Shown here: piece by piece, positions 35,981 through 45,872 of the stretch
How positions within the stretch are numbered: the stretch's first letter is position 1
Layout: each line of letters opens with the position of its first letter
Assembly: GCA_028864975.1 (NCBI GenBank)
Contig: JAGWLG010000018.1
Coordinates: forward strand, 1 to 62,520
From: Thermoplasmata archaeon
GTDB lineage: Archaea; Thermoplasmatota; Thermoplasmata; Lutacidiplasmatales; UBA184
Length of the DNA stretch: 62,520 nt
Reading direction: 5' to 3'
Notes under the pieces: model-generated
Database searches by the model: none
What the model was told of the DNA's origin: nothing
What the model saw: only the letters and a program-made list of their open reading frames with translations
Translations under genes and position numbers: made by a program

Positions 35981-38932
35981 GTGAGGAATGCCCTTCCCAT
36001 GCTTTCCAGTGGTGTGACCTTTTCGAGACCTCGCCGCTCTATCGCAGGAACGACATCGGTTCGTCTGTTCGTGGTCCTGTTCATCTCCTTCGCGATGGTT
36101 CTCAGCAGTTCCTCATTGCGAGCGGCCGCGAACAAGGTCGAGGAGAAGGGGCTTGCAGGCATAGGTACGGTTTCGACCGCAGCCGCGCTTGCGACCGACC
36201 ACGCCCAGAGCGCGCTCGCGGAGGCTAAGGCCTCTCTTGCAACAGGGGAAGGTCCGAGTGCACGGAGCTCGCCCGTGGGTGAACCGTCGGGTCCTCCGAA
36301 GCAGCTTCGCCAGGCGACGACACAGCCCTCGTGTGGGGTCGGAGGATCGAACTCATCGCTCTGTGCAATCGAATCGAGAGATTGGGAGATCTCCGTCGCC
36401 ACACCGTTCTCCAGCCTCACCTCGAACGCCCACCCCCTCCAGCTCGGGAAGACCTTGGCTCTGACGGCGGTGACGGCGACCGCCGAGCCGTACTGGTCCT
36501 TTCAGTGGTTCGACCTGCCCATCGGATGCTCAACCAAGAACCTGTCGGTCCTGAGCTGCGTACCGACTGTGGGAGGGGCATATCAGGTCACAAGCTTGGC
36601 GTCGGGTCCGTTCTCGCACTACGAAACGGGTCAAGTCTCACTCGCCATCCTGAACGGTGGCAATGCCACAACGTCCGGGCCGGCTCAGACGACTCCTGAC
36701 CTTCAGGTAACGCTGCCCGGTTCGTCCAATCCGCCGCCGCCGGGTGTGTGGGGAGAAGCTCTGGCGTACGATTACTGGGATGGGTACGTGGTTCTCTTCG
36801 GGGGGAACAACGGTGGAACCCTCTCTGGGGACACTTGGGTCTGGAACGATAACGGTTGGGGGGAACTCTGGGCTGCATCTGCTTGCGCTTCGGGACAGAC
36901 TAGTTGCAAACCGTGCTCCCAGGCGCCCTACGGGTGCCCCACGGCCCGCCAAGTGCCGAGCGCAGCGACGGATCCAGAAGACCGGGGTGTCTTGATGTTC
37001 GGAGGGGCGAACTGTGGACGCGGCTGTGGAGGGTTCGGTTACTTCGGCGACACATGGCTCTTCGCAGGGGGTACCTGGATGAACCTGAACCCAACCAATT
37101 CTCCTCAGTCGGGATGGGGGGCCGCACTCGCGTACTACTATCCGTTGAGCGAGTCCATCCTTTGGGGAGGGGAGACCTCGGTATCCGGCACAGGTGAGTA
37201 TTATGAATTCGTCGGGGGGCTCAATCCGACCTGGAATCTCATGGGACCGATTTCCCCGACCCAACCCTTGAACTACCTCTGGGCTCCCTCGATGGTCTGG
37301 GACGGCCCCGACAACTACGACTTCCTCTTCGGCGGACAGGCCCCTGGCTCGGGGGCGGCCCAGGGCACCGCCTGGTCGTTGATCTGGTCCAACAGCTTGA
37401 ACGAATGGTTGTGGCAACAACTGTGCAAGGTCTGCGGGACGGCCCCGACAGCAAGGTATGGGGAGTCCATGCAGGCGGACGGGGGTGACAACATCGCGGT
37501 CTTCGGCGGCACCTCCGGGTCCAACTCGTACTTCAATGACCAATGGTCATGGCAGAATGGGAGTTGGTGGCCGATCACGGCTCCCCAGGGTCCAACTGAT
37601 TCATTGCTCAACATGCCAGTCGCCAGCCGTGCCCTTTCCGGCGCCGCAACTTTCAACGAGTACTTCGGTGGATCAACCGCCACTAACATACTCGTGATCT
37701 TCGGTGGGCAGGCCCCCAGCAGCAACGGGCTCGCTCAAGGCGGCACATGGGCCAACATTCACGGCAGGTGGTGGACCCCGGCGGGCCCTCCGAGTCGCTC
37801 CATCGCGAACTACGCGTTCGACCCCTCTACCGGATGGGGGTACGAGTTTGGGGGTATCAGTTTCACATCCAATCCGCAATGGCAATCGGTACTGACGGAT
37901 ACGTGGGAGTTTACTGGCTGGACCCAGACGTCCTCTTCAGATCCCTTTACAAACTGGTACTCGTGTTTGGGTTGCGCTTCCACCCATCCCGGAACTGCGT
38001 GGACCGGCCTCTCGGATGCAGTAACCGCCACCCTCGGGGAAAGCGACGGGTCGGCCATGGCCTACGACGCGAACGACGGGTACGTGCTCTATGTCTTTTG
38101 CCCCGTGTTTACAAGCACTGGAGGTGCGGACTGCACGAACCTAGGTACGTATGCGTTGCAGACCTGGAAGTTCACCCCGAGTTCCTCTGGCCCGGGGGGA
38201 ACAGTTGGAACGTGGACCCTCTTGACACCAGCCCTTGAACCTCAAGTCTGTCAGGACTTCTCCATGAGCTACGACTCCGCGGACAACTACATTGTCCTCG
38301 AGGGGGGATACGACTGCGTCACGAGCTCATACTCCGACCAGACATGGAAGTACTCAGGCGGGAGCTGGTCGGACCTGGGAGTAGCAGGACTCGACACCCA
38401 TGGTAGAACGGCTGGTGCGATCACCGATGCGGGGTCGAGCTATGGCGCAATGCTGTTCGGGGGTGCATACTACCCGGGGACGAGCGGGCCGGGGGTAACC
38501 TGCGACACTGGTGCGGTGTGCTACTATCAGAACACCTGCTTTTTCAAAGGGGGGGCTTGGAGCTGTAGCGTTCCTTCGACTTCACCGCCTCCACGATCGT
38601 TTCTTGGCCTTGCCTCAGACGGGACAGGGGATGTTTGGGTACAGGGGGGTTATGTGACGACAGGCGCATGTGGGGGTAGCAGCAGCAACTTCTGCTCGGA
38701 TGATTGGGAATACTCACTTTCGTCGGCTACTTGGACCCAAAAGTGTTTCTCTTGCGGGCCAGGAGCCCTCGCCAACGGGTTCATGGGTCCGCTCGTTACA
38801 CCCGGTTCTGGCGGCTCCCACGACATCGTCTTGATTGGCGGCACCCAGGAAACGACTGCGGGAATCCGATACTGGGGTGGGGTCTGGATCCTTCAGCCAT
38901 CGAGCAACACGTGGGAGTTGATGAATTACTGA
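35981..38932 (+). CDS. Secreted Kelch-type beta-propeller protein (Cys-rich, no C-terminal TM)
   Basis: LAYDYWDGYVVLFGG..DTW repeats, many Cys pairs, N-terminal hydrophobic segment. Confidence 0.85.
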   Translation: MRNALPMLSSGVTFSRPRRSIAGTTSVRLFVVLFISFAMVLSSSSLRAAANKVEEKGLAGIGTVSTAAALATDHAQSALAEAKASLATGEGPSARSSPVGEPSGPPKQLRQATTQPSCGVGGSNSSLCAIESRDWEISVATPFSSLTSNAHPLQLGKTLALTAVTATAEPYWSFQWFDLPIGCSTKNLSVLSCVPTVGGAYQVTSLASGPFSHYETGQVSLAILNGGNATTSGPAQTTPDLQVTLPGSSNPPPPGVWGEALAYDYWDGYVVLFGGNNGGTLSGDTWVWNDNGWGELWAASACASGQTSCKPCSQAPYGCPTARQVPSAATDPEDRGVLMFGGANCGRGCGGFGYFGDTWLFAGGTWMNLNPTNSPQSGWGAALAYYYPLSESILWGGETSVSGTGEYYEFVGGLNPTWNLMGPISPTQPLNYLWAPSMVWDGPDNYDFLFGGQAPGSGAAQGTAWSLIWSNSLNEWLWQQLCKVCGTAPTARYGESMQADGGDNIAVFGGTSGSNSYFNDQWSWQNGSWWPITAPQGPTDSLLNMPVASRALSGAATFNEYFGGSTATNILVIFGGQAPSSNGLAQGGTWANIHGRWWTPAGPPSRSIANYAFDPSTGWGYEFGGISFTSNPQWQSVLTDTWEFTGWTQTSSSDPFTNWYSCLGCASTHPGTAWTGLSDAVTATLGESDGSAMAYDANDGYVLYVFCPVFTSTGGADCTNLGTYALQTWKFTPSSSGPGGTVGTWTLLTPALEPQVCQDFSMSYDSADNYIVLEGGYDCVTSSYSDQTWKYSGGSWSDLGVAGLDTHGRTAGAITDAGSSYGAMLFGGAYYPGTSGPGVTCDTGAVCYYQNTCFFKGGAWSCSVPSTSPPPRSFLGLASDGTGDVWVQGGYVTTGACGGSSSNFCSDDWEYSLSSATWTQKCFSCGPGALANGFMGPLVTPGSGGSHDIVLIGGTQETTAGIRYWGGVWILQPSSNTWELMNY

Positions 38933-39301
38933 TCGGGGCTCCCTCGGCCTCCTCGCGGTGACCTTACCGGGAACTCTCGTCCCCGCTTCGGGGCGGACCG
39001 GACCGATGGGCCGACGGTTGCCCCTCGTGGCCCTCAGGTCGAAGACAGCGCCGACCGTCCGATCGCGGACTCGCAAGCGGGGGGACCCGTCATCGGGGGG
39101 GAAGGCGGCCCGTCAGGCGCCGATCCGCTGACGGAGCCGAGGCTCGTGCCCCCGCTGACAAGCGAGAAGCAAAGACGAGCCTCGGGAGGACGTGTCCCGA
39201 GGGCTCGCGCCCGATGCGATACGTCCGAAATGGACGAACCCCGATTGGTTCGGCCGAGGCCTCCCTCGAAAAGGGAGGGAGGCCGAGGGCCCCCCGTCCA
39301 T

Positions 39302-39781
39302 TCAGGGACCGAGCACCGCCATCGACGCGTTGCGCCCGAGGGAGAGCTGGAGGCGGCCCCGATACTCCTTGACCCAGGCCCCCGCGAGGCGGACGCGCTG
39401 CCCTGGCTGGAGCTTCGTGGTCTGAGGCCCCCAGAGGACCAACTTCACCGTGCCCGACGCGTCCTGGAGCACGGCGTCAGCGACTTCGGCGGGACCACGG
39501 GAGGTGACGACTTCGCGGGTGGGACCGACAGAGGCCACGGTGGCCTCCAGGGTGGCTTCTGCGTTGGGGCGGAGGGCGGCAATCCCCGCTGAGGCGGGGG
39601 CGGCGCTGGCGAGGGGTCCCCCTTCTCCCCAAGAAGCCGAAGGACCGGTGGCAGGGGACCCCGAGCGAGGCCCCGTTCCCTGGCCCAACGGGGCCGAAAT
39701 GGGGCGGCCGCAGGTCGGGCAGGTGGCGCGGTCGGCGTTGGCGGCTGGTTCGGAGGCGCTGTTGGCGCTGCTCGCGGACAT
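39302..39781 (-). CDS. ssb: Single OB-fold ssDNA-binding protein with N-terminal CxxC extension
   Basis: IAALRP..ATVASVGPTREV..VADAVLQDASGTVKLVLWG..VKEYRGRLQLSLGR: archaeal SSB/RPA OB fold. Confidence 0.85.
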   Translation of the reverse strand: MSASSANSASEPAANADRATCPTCGRPISAPLGQGTGPRSGSPATGPSASWGEGGPLASAAPASAGIAALRPNAEATLEATVASVGPTREVVTSRGPAEVADAVLQDASGTVKLVLWGPQTTKLQPGQRVRLAGAWVKEYRGRLQLSLGRNASMAVLGP

Positions 39782-40205
39782 CGGTGAGATTGTCCGCGAG
39801 ATGCGATGGCTCGTGGGGCTGTGGCCCAAGCCCGCCGAAGGCGGGCATGCGCCCGAAGGGCGCATCTCGTGCACACGGAGCGGAGCGCAAGCGGAGCGGA
39901 GTGTGCGCGTTCGATCGCTCCGACCAGGACCCGGACTTCCTCCACTCGTTCACGCGAGACGACCAGCTCCTTTGGGTGCGGCCGAGCGGAGACCCACATG
40001 CGTCGGAGCTCGGCCGCACCGCGGCCCCCCAAAGGTCAGCTGGGCCTTCTCCGAGCTACAGGGCGGCGACCCGGGAGGGGAGCGCGAAGCGCGTTGGGGA
40101 GGTGTCCCTTCCTCCCCAAACGACAACAAGATGCGCCCCGCCTGCGGGTGAGGAGGCGGCCCAAGGAAGGACAAGGCGGGGGCTTGCGGCCCCCGCCCCC
40201 ATGCT

Positions 40206-40600
40206 TCACCCGTCGTCGTAGTCCGACCCCGGCATGACCGCAAGCTCCCGGGCCCTCACCTCCGACATCCAGTCGTGCGGCGCGGCGAGGAGCTCCTCCG
40301 CGTCCTCCACGTGGACGGGGTGGAACCGAGGAGCGGGGGGCAGGGGCCGCTCCGAGGCCGGACCTTGTCGCGGTGTCCTTTCAGGACCCGCGATAGGTCC
40401 AGGGCCGTTGTGGAGCCCCCGGCACCGACCGCACCCCGTCCCCACCGGTGACGCTTCGTCCGCGCGGGGGCAGGTGTCCTGCGGCGCGACCGACACCCTC
40501 GCGCAGAACCTCGCCAGCTTGACCTGGTCGTGGAAGACCTGGACGGCGACATCCGGGCCGCTGCGGCGAGGGCTGCGCGGGCGGCCGCCACCCGCCCCCT
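40206..40600 (-). pseudogene. Frameshifted 3' fragment paralogous to 44119..45132
   Basis: RVAAARAAL / frameshift / PDVAVQVFHDQVKLARFCARVSV..HVEDAEELLAAPHDWMSEVRARELAVMPGSDYDDG; 5' part replaced by a TA module. Confidence 0.75.
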
Positions 40601-40604
40601 GCGA

Positions 40605-40952
40605 TCAGCGCTCGTCGTCCAGGCGCTCGACGGCCTCTCGCAGGCGCGCGAGGCGGCGGTAGAAGTCCTCTCCGGGCCCGATGCGCGGGCCGAATCCGAA
40701 GAAGACGAGGTCTCGCCCTCGGCGGAAGAACGAGCCCCGCCAGTGTTCCATCACGTGGAGCGAGAAGAGACCCTCGCGCGCGACCCGTTGGTTCTGTCGG
40801 GTCTCTTCGACGTACCAGTCGCGCCCCCGTTGCACCGGGTCGTCGGCCAAGGCGAGGGCGTGAAAGGCCGTGATGAAGGTCTCGCGGACCTCGACGGACA
40901 AGGCGAGGAACTCGCTGTCCGCGAGGAGCTTTCGACGAACGCGGAACGGCAC
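40605..40952 (-). CDS. Divergent RelE/HigB-like toxin
   Basis: LFSLHVMEHWRGSFF resembles the HigB/YoeB 'wS.rv...wR..f' motif; downstream of an antitoxin. Confidence 0.55.
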   Translation of the reverse strand: MPFRVRRKLLADSEFLALSVEVRETFITAFHALALADDPVQRGRDWYVEETRQNQRVAREGLFSLHVMEHWRGSFFRRGRDLVFFGFGPRIGPGEDFYRRLARLREAVERLDDER

Positions 40953-40959
40953 GGGCTCC

Positions 40960-41175
40960 TCAGTACGGCTGCCGTCGGCTCTTCGCGATGAGCTCCTCGA
41001 TCGGTCCCTCGGGCTCCTCGTCGCGGATGCGTCGGGCGACCTCGGCGGCCGTCATGCGCGCCGGATGGCTCGCGAGCAACGCCCGGATGACGTCGTCGTA
41101 CGTCTCGCCCCCCGCCTTGAGCGACTCCAACAGACGGCGCGTCTCCTGGGTCACCGCGATGGTCGTAGCGGCCAT
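40960..41175 (-). CDS. RHH-like antitoxin 1
   Basis: TTIAVTQETRRLLESLKAGGETYDDVIRALL. Confidence 0.75.
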   Translation of the reverse strand: MAATTIAVTQETRRLLESLKAGGETYDDVIRALLASHPARMTAAEVARRIRDEEPEGPIEELIAKSRRQPY

Positions 41176-41324
41176 AGAAATGCTCCATAATGGACATGGG
41201 GTGAGAGTACTTAGCGGTGCGGAGCGCCTCCACCTACCCGTGGCCCCGCGATCTCCGACGCGGGTCGGGCGGCCGCACCGAAAGAGCTCCCTCACAGCGG
41301 GAACCGACCGGAAGACCGGGCCGA

Positions 41325-41392
41325 GGACGGGGGGCCTTCCACCGTCAGAGGGAGGACCGTGTCCGAGCTACCGCGAGGAGCAGGTCCGGTAG
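41325..41392 (+). repeat. Dispersed hairpin element, copy 4
   Basis: GGACGGGGGGCC..GAGGGAGGACCGT..CAGGTCCGGTAG. Confidence 0.75.
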
Positions 41393-41493
41393 CACGGCTC
41401 TTTCGGGAGGACCCGGCGTCCGCGGTCCCACCCTGACGACGGGTCCGCAGGTGGGGCAGGCCGAAGACGAGGGAGAGGATGCCGGCCGCGTCC

Positions 41494-41793
41494 CTACGTG
41501 CGCCGCCGCAACTCGGCCAGGGTTCGGGCCGTCACCCCCGCAGCGCGTTCGACCAGGACCACGATGATCGCCTCGTCGCGTACGACATAGAAGACGCGGG
41601 TCCTCTTGTCGAGATGGAAACGCCAGACCCCGCGCAGGTCCCGAAGCTCCTTCACCTGTAGCCAAGGATAGGACCGATGCGGACCGGAGCGAAGGTACTC
41701 CAGGTCCTCGCGCAGACGACGTTTGAGCACGAGGGAGAGATGTTCTGTCTCCCTGTCAACCTCGGGGAGCCTCTTGACCTGGTAGAGGCTCAC
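41494..41793 (-). CDS. relE: RelE/ParE-family toxin
   Basis: VKELRDLRGVWRFHLDKRTRVFYVVRDEAIIVV; GTGA overlap with the antitoxin stop. Confidence 0.85.
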   Translation of the reverse strand: MSLYQVKRLPEVDRETEHLSLVLKRRLREDLEYLRSGPHRSYPWLQVKELRDLRGVWRFHLDKRTRVFYVVRDEAIIVVLVERAAGVTARTLAELRRRT

Positions 41794-42011
41794 ACCCCCC
41801 ACCTGCGGTAGAGTTCCTCGATGGGTCGGGCCCGCGCGAGGGACCGGGGAGCGATGCGACGCTTCAACTCCTTGAGAAGGACGGGCGAGTAGCTCTCCTC
41901 CACGAGAGCAAGGAGGAGGTCGTCGTAGCTCTCACCGGCCGCCTTGACCGCCTGGAGCACCTTGAGGGTGCTCTGGCGGATCGTGATGGTCGTCTGAGGG
42001 TCCGCGAGCAT
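41790..42011 (-). CDS. RHH-like antitoxin 2
   Basis: TTITIRQSTLKVLQAVKAAGESYDDLLLAL; GGAG RBS. Confidence 0.8.
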   Translation of the reverse strand: MLADPQTTITIRQSTLKVLQAVKAAGESYDDLLLALVEESYSPVLLKELKRRIAPRSLARARPIEELYRRWGV

Positions 42012-42148
42012 CGCTCCGAGTAATGGACGGGTCATAGATAACGGCTCCCTTCGCGCGTCGGACACGGTACGGGCCGCGCCTTGGGTCTCGCCCCGCCGTG
42101 CGTCCGGGTGGCGCGGCCGAGGGACCCGCGGCCCCCGTCCGGGTCCCT

Positions 42149-42193
42149 AGGGAAGACCGTCCGAGTCGGGGAACCCGACGAGGCAGGTCGGGT
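42149..42193 (+). repeat. Dispersed hairpin element, copy 5 (variant)
   Basis: AGGGAAGACCGT..GTCGGG-GAA-CCCGAC..CAGGTCGGGTA. Confidence 0.6.
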
Positions 42194-42309
42194 ATCGGCG
42201 GTGCTGGCGGGTTCGGAGGCGGTCTTGCCGCTTCTCTCGGACAACCCTACCGATGTCCGAGAGGAGCGGTGAGGTGCGAAGTTCAAGTCCTGGACGGCTT
42301 GAGGCGGCG

Positions 42310-42813
42310 ATGAGCCGCGGCCCTTCTCGCGAACGATTCCCGGGCCCGGACTACCGCGTATCGGTTGTTGTGCGGGCCCCAAGGGAGTTCGTGTTTCGGT
42401 GGTTCACTCGATTCAACCCCTCTTGGCCGAAGCTGACCGGAGAGCGCTACCTGCATCGACTGATCTCGGACGAGGGTCCGACCCAGGTCTTCGAGAACCT
42501 GGGGTGGACCCCCTCCGGGTGGTTCTGGTCCAGGCACACCATGACCCTCCACCCCCCCGAGAGCTGGCATGATGAATCCACCGGGAACCACGCCGACATT
42601 TCCTTCGACTACCGTCTCGCGTCGCTCGGTCCGACACGGACCCGCCTGGAGCAACTCTGGCGAGTGCAGTGGAAGGAATTGACGACTCTCCAGCAGCGAA
42701 GGGCCTACACCATGGCCTCCATCCGCCGCACCGGTCGGAAGGAGTGGGACCTCCGAGCGCGCGCCTGCGAACGGGCGTGGCGCGCGCGCGAAACTCAAGG
42801 GAGAACGGGCTAG
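42310..42813 (+). CDS. SRPBCC/START-like protein
   Basis: YRVSVVVRAPREFVFRWFT..YRLASLGPTRTRLEQ..long C-terminal helix. Confidence 0.7.
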   Translation: MSRGPSRERFPGPDYRVSVVVRAPREFVFRWFTRFNPSWPKLTGERYLHRLISDEGPTQVFENLGWTPSGWFWSRHTMTLHPPESWHDESTGNHADISFDYRLASLGPTRTRLEQLWRVQWKELTTLQQRRAYTMASIRRTGRKEWDLRARACERAWRARETQGRTG

Positions 42814-43007
42814 TAGGGTCGGTCCCTCCCTCCCACGGGACCGACCCGCAGGGCCGGGGCCCTCCCCCCTACGCCTCGCTCCCTGGTAGGCACGCCACCT
42901 CCCGAGTCCTCACCTCCGCGAGGTGGTCGCAGGGCGAGCGGAGGGTCTCGGTCGGGTCGTCGACGCGGATGGGACGCAAGACGCGGCGCCGCCCGAGCGC
43001 GCCCCCC

Positions 43008-43325
43008 CTACGCCGTGCCAGGGAGCCGGTGGAACATGCGTCGCAGTTCGCGGATGTGGGTCTTGTCGTAGGCGGGGGGACGCAGCCAGAACTTCCCGAT
43101 CCAGACCGTCCTCCCGTCCACCTTGAAGAACACCCGGTAGGGGCCGAGAGGGAACCGCCAGACCCCCGGGACCTGCCCGACCTCCTTCACCGGCAGGAAG
43201 GGGTAGGAGCGGTACGGGTTCGCCTCGAGGTACGGACGGAGCGCCTTCAACCTGCGCTGAAGGTCCTTCGACAGACGGTAGAACTCCTTCTCGGCGGGGA
43301 GAAGGAAGCGGACCTCGTAGGTCAC
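43008..43325 (-). CDS. relE: RelE/ParE-family toxin
   Basis: YEVRFLLPAEKEFYRLSKDLQRRL..GVWRFPLGPYRVFFKVD. Confidence 0.9.
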   Translation of the reverse strand: MTYEVRFLLPAEKEFYRLSKDLQRRLKALRPYLEANPYRSYPFLPVKEVGQVPGVWRFPLGPYRVFFKVDGRTVWIGKFWLRPPAYDKTHIRELRRMFHRLPGTA

Positions 43326-43537
43326 ACGCCCGCCCGCTCGAAGACCTCTTCCGCGCTCGGGCCGCGCAGGTCGGCAAAGCGGTGCTCGAGCTCCTTGACC
43401 AGGCGCGGGGGGAAGTGCTCCTCGACCATCTCGAGGATCAACTCCTCGTAGGTCTGCCCTGAAGCCTTGAGCGCGTCCAGGAGACGGCGCGTGCTCTCAT
43501 GGACCTGGAGGGTCGTCGTGGGGTCCTTGGCGGCCAT
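43322..43537 (-). CDS. RHH-like antitoxin 3
   Basis: TTTLQVHESTRRLLDALKASGQTYEELILEM; promoter CCTTATCTCC followed by palindrome ATAGCGCGCTAT. Confidence 0.8.
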   Translation of the reverse strand: MAAKDPTTTLQVHESTRRLLDALKASGQTYEELILEMVEEHFPPRLVKELEHRFADLRGPSAEEVFERAGV

Positions 43538-44118
43538 CGCTCCTCTATAGCGCGCTATGGAGATAAGGGCGCGCCCCCTTCGTCGAGCGGTCCGGGCGGC
43601 GGTACGGAAGATCCCCCAAGGATTCGGTCCTGCCGAGGGGGAGAGGGGTCCCTCACCCGTCGTCCCAATTGCTCTCGGGGAAGCGCGCGCTGGCGCGGGC
43701 CTCCACCTCCGTTCGCCCGTCGTGCGGGCTCGATCGCTCGGGGCAATTGGGAAAGGACCGCCGCAGGCGGTCCAGGCGGCCGAAGGCCGCCTCTCGTGCA
43801 CTCGGCCAACGGCCGAGTGCGCGCAGGAGGGGATGCCCAAGCCCATGTACGTCCCAGATCAGTTCTCCCGGGATGGCCGGCTCTCGTTGGTGGGGCCTCG
43901 GGGCGACCTTCCGGCGTCGTCCCGAGGCCGCCCGCGGCCCCCAATGAGTCAGCCGGACCCTCTCCGAACGGCCCGGGGCCCGCGAGAGGGTAGCCCGAAC
44001 GGGCGTAGGGAGAGTTGCTCCCTGCCATCCTCGAGAAGATCGACCCCGGGTCGAAAGACCGACGAGGAAGGAGGGAAAGGGGCGGGGGCGCGGGGCCCCC
44101 ACCCCCCTGCCCCGGGCC

Positions 44119-45132
44119 TCACCCGTCGTCGTAGTCCGACCCCGGGAGGACGGCGACCTCCCGGGCCCTGACCTCACTCATCCAGTCCGCCGGGGAGGAG
44201 AGGACCTCCTGGAGGTCCTCGACGTGGATGGGACGGAAGGCCCCGTGGGTCCCCCGGCACCACCCGCAGCGCGCGCCCGCGGGAAAGACATCCTCCCGGC
44301 GCGGGCAGATATCGACCGGCGTAACGGAGAAGCGCGCGCAGAAGAGACGAAGGCGCGTCTGGTCGTGGAACACCTGCGCCCGGGCCACCGGGTGGGCCTC
44401 GAGCGCGGCGAGGGCCGCCGCGACGCGCCCCTTGCGCTCAGCCTCAACCTGGGCCCTGACGCGCTGGTCGTCCTCCCGCGTGTCGTCCGCGAGCCCGCTC
44501 GTGATGTCGAGAAGGGTGAACCGAGAGAGGCGCCCGAGGCTCTCCCGCTCCCCCTTCGGGAGGTAGGCTTCGACCGAGGTCTTGGCGTGGTCGCGCGGTC
44601 GCCGGGGGGCGGACCCCTGTGGGTCGCGCGGCTGGCGGCGTCCAGGGACCGAAGGACCCCTGGGGAGGCTTGGGAGTGGGGCCACCCCCGAGCGGACCAT
44701 CACCACGAGGCCTAGGCTCTCCAGGGAGGGGATGTCCGAACCGAGCACGACCCCCGTCCACTCGCGGGCGACCGGGTCCCACCGGAGATGGAGGGCCTTG
44801 AGCTCCGCGCGGTGGGCGTAGCTTGCGGGCCCCGCCCCGACGCCCACGAGGTAGTAGCTCGAACCCTCGAGGTTCGAGCGAGGACTCGCCGACGGGGGGC
44901 AGGGGCCGTCGGTGAGTCCGGACCCCTTCTCTTCGCGCGTCAGGGGCTCGGCCCCAAGCGTCTGGACGGGAGCGACCTCGACGGTGGCCCGGGCCGCGTC
45001 GAGCTTCGCCCTCAGCTTCACTGGGTCGACCGGGTGGCCGACCAGGCGCTCGATGCGGGCGAGCGTGGGGGCCCTCTTCGGGTCGTGGTAGGCGAGGTTG
45101 GCGGGGGCGCTGTTGCTCAGCACGTCCTCCAT
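44119..45132 (-). CDS. Mobile-element protein with DUF5710-like (K..G.RWD....W) motif and Cys-rich C-terminus
   Basis: SYAHRAELKALHLRWDPVAREW; C-terminus FCARF..ICP..CGWC..WMSEVRAREVAVLPGSDYDDG. Confidence 0.6.
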   Translation of the reverse strand: MEDVLSNSAPANLAYHDPKRAPTLARIERLVGHPVDPVKLRAKLDAARATVEVAPVQTLGAEPLTREEKGSGLTDGPCPPSASPRSNLEGSSYYLVGVGAGPASYAHRAELKALHLRWDPVAREWTGVVLGSDIPSLESLGLVVMVRSGVAPLPSLPRGPSVPGRRQPRDPQGSAPRRPRDHAKTSVEAYLPKGERESLGRLSRFTLLDITSGLADDTREDDQRVRAQVEAERKGRVAAALAALEAHPVARAQVFHDQTRLRLFCARFSVTPVDICPRREDVFPAGARCGWCRGTHGAFRPIHVEDLQEVLSSPADWMSEVRAREVAVLPGSDYDDG

Positions 45133-45410
45133 CTTCTCCTTCCGCTCGGGGGTGGGGAGGCACCCGCTCGCGGTGGTCGTTCGGCTCTCGGCGTTCGTGG
45201 CGCTTTCCGCGCACGTGGCTGTCATCGCCCGAAGGGTCAACGTAGCGAGCGACACCCCGACAAGATTGGATGTCAGGCGCGCGAAGCGCGCACTTCGCTT
45301 GTGGTCGACCCCACCCCTCCGAGGTCGCTGGCGACGCGGGGTCCCGATATGCGTCCTCGCTCCGTCGAGGACCTTACGGGACCCCGCCGAGCGGAGCGAG
45401 GGAACGTCCC

Positions 45411-45525
45411 GCGACCTCGCCGAGGAGCGGGGGGCAGGGGCCGATCCTCGGGAGGACCTGGACGACCTCCTGACCCGAAGGGTCGGCGGGAGGACAGGTC
45501 CGAAGGGGGAGTGCGGTCGAACGTT
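45411..45525 (+). repeat. Dispersed hairpin element, copy 6 (longest)
   Basis: GCGACCTCGCCGAGG..GGGGGCAG..GGGAGGACCTG..GACCC-GAA-GGGTC..CAGGTCCGAAGGGGGAGTGCGGTCGAACGTT. Confidence 0.75.
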
Positions 45526-45872
45526 GAGGCTTCAGCCCGATGACAGCCACGTGCGGCCCGGCGACACGAACGCCGCGCCGCGAACGGGCCCCGCGAGCGG
45601 TCCCCTCCCGCCAGTCTCCCGACATGGGGACGGGCGGGGTCGCGCCGCTGCGCCCGGACGAGCCATGACGCGGCGGAAGGGGAGAGGAGCGACGCGGGCG
45701 GAGCGAACGCTGCCATCCGCCCGTCAGGGGAAGGAGCGGGGAACTCCCCCTCCCTCCCGCTCAACTTTCCCTGGGTAGGAACGTGGAGACGGGATGACGA
45801 ACTCACCTGGTCGACGGAGAAAGATGGACGCGACCGGCGAGAGCCCAGATCATCATGCAGGTCCTCACGATT

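Noticed and set aside
40206-44230. Diversity-generating retroelement TR/VR pair
   Set aside because: Mismatches between the two paralogous gene ends are not adenine-specific and no reverse transcriptase is present.
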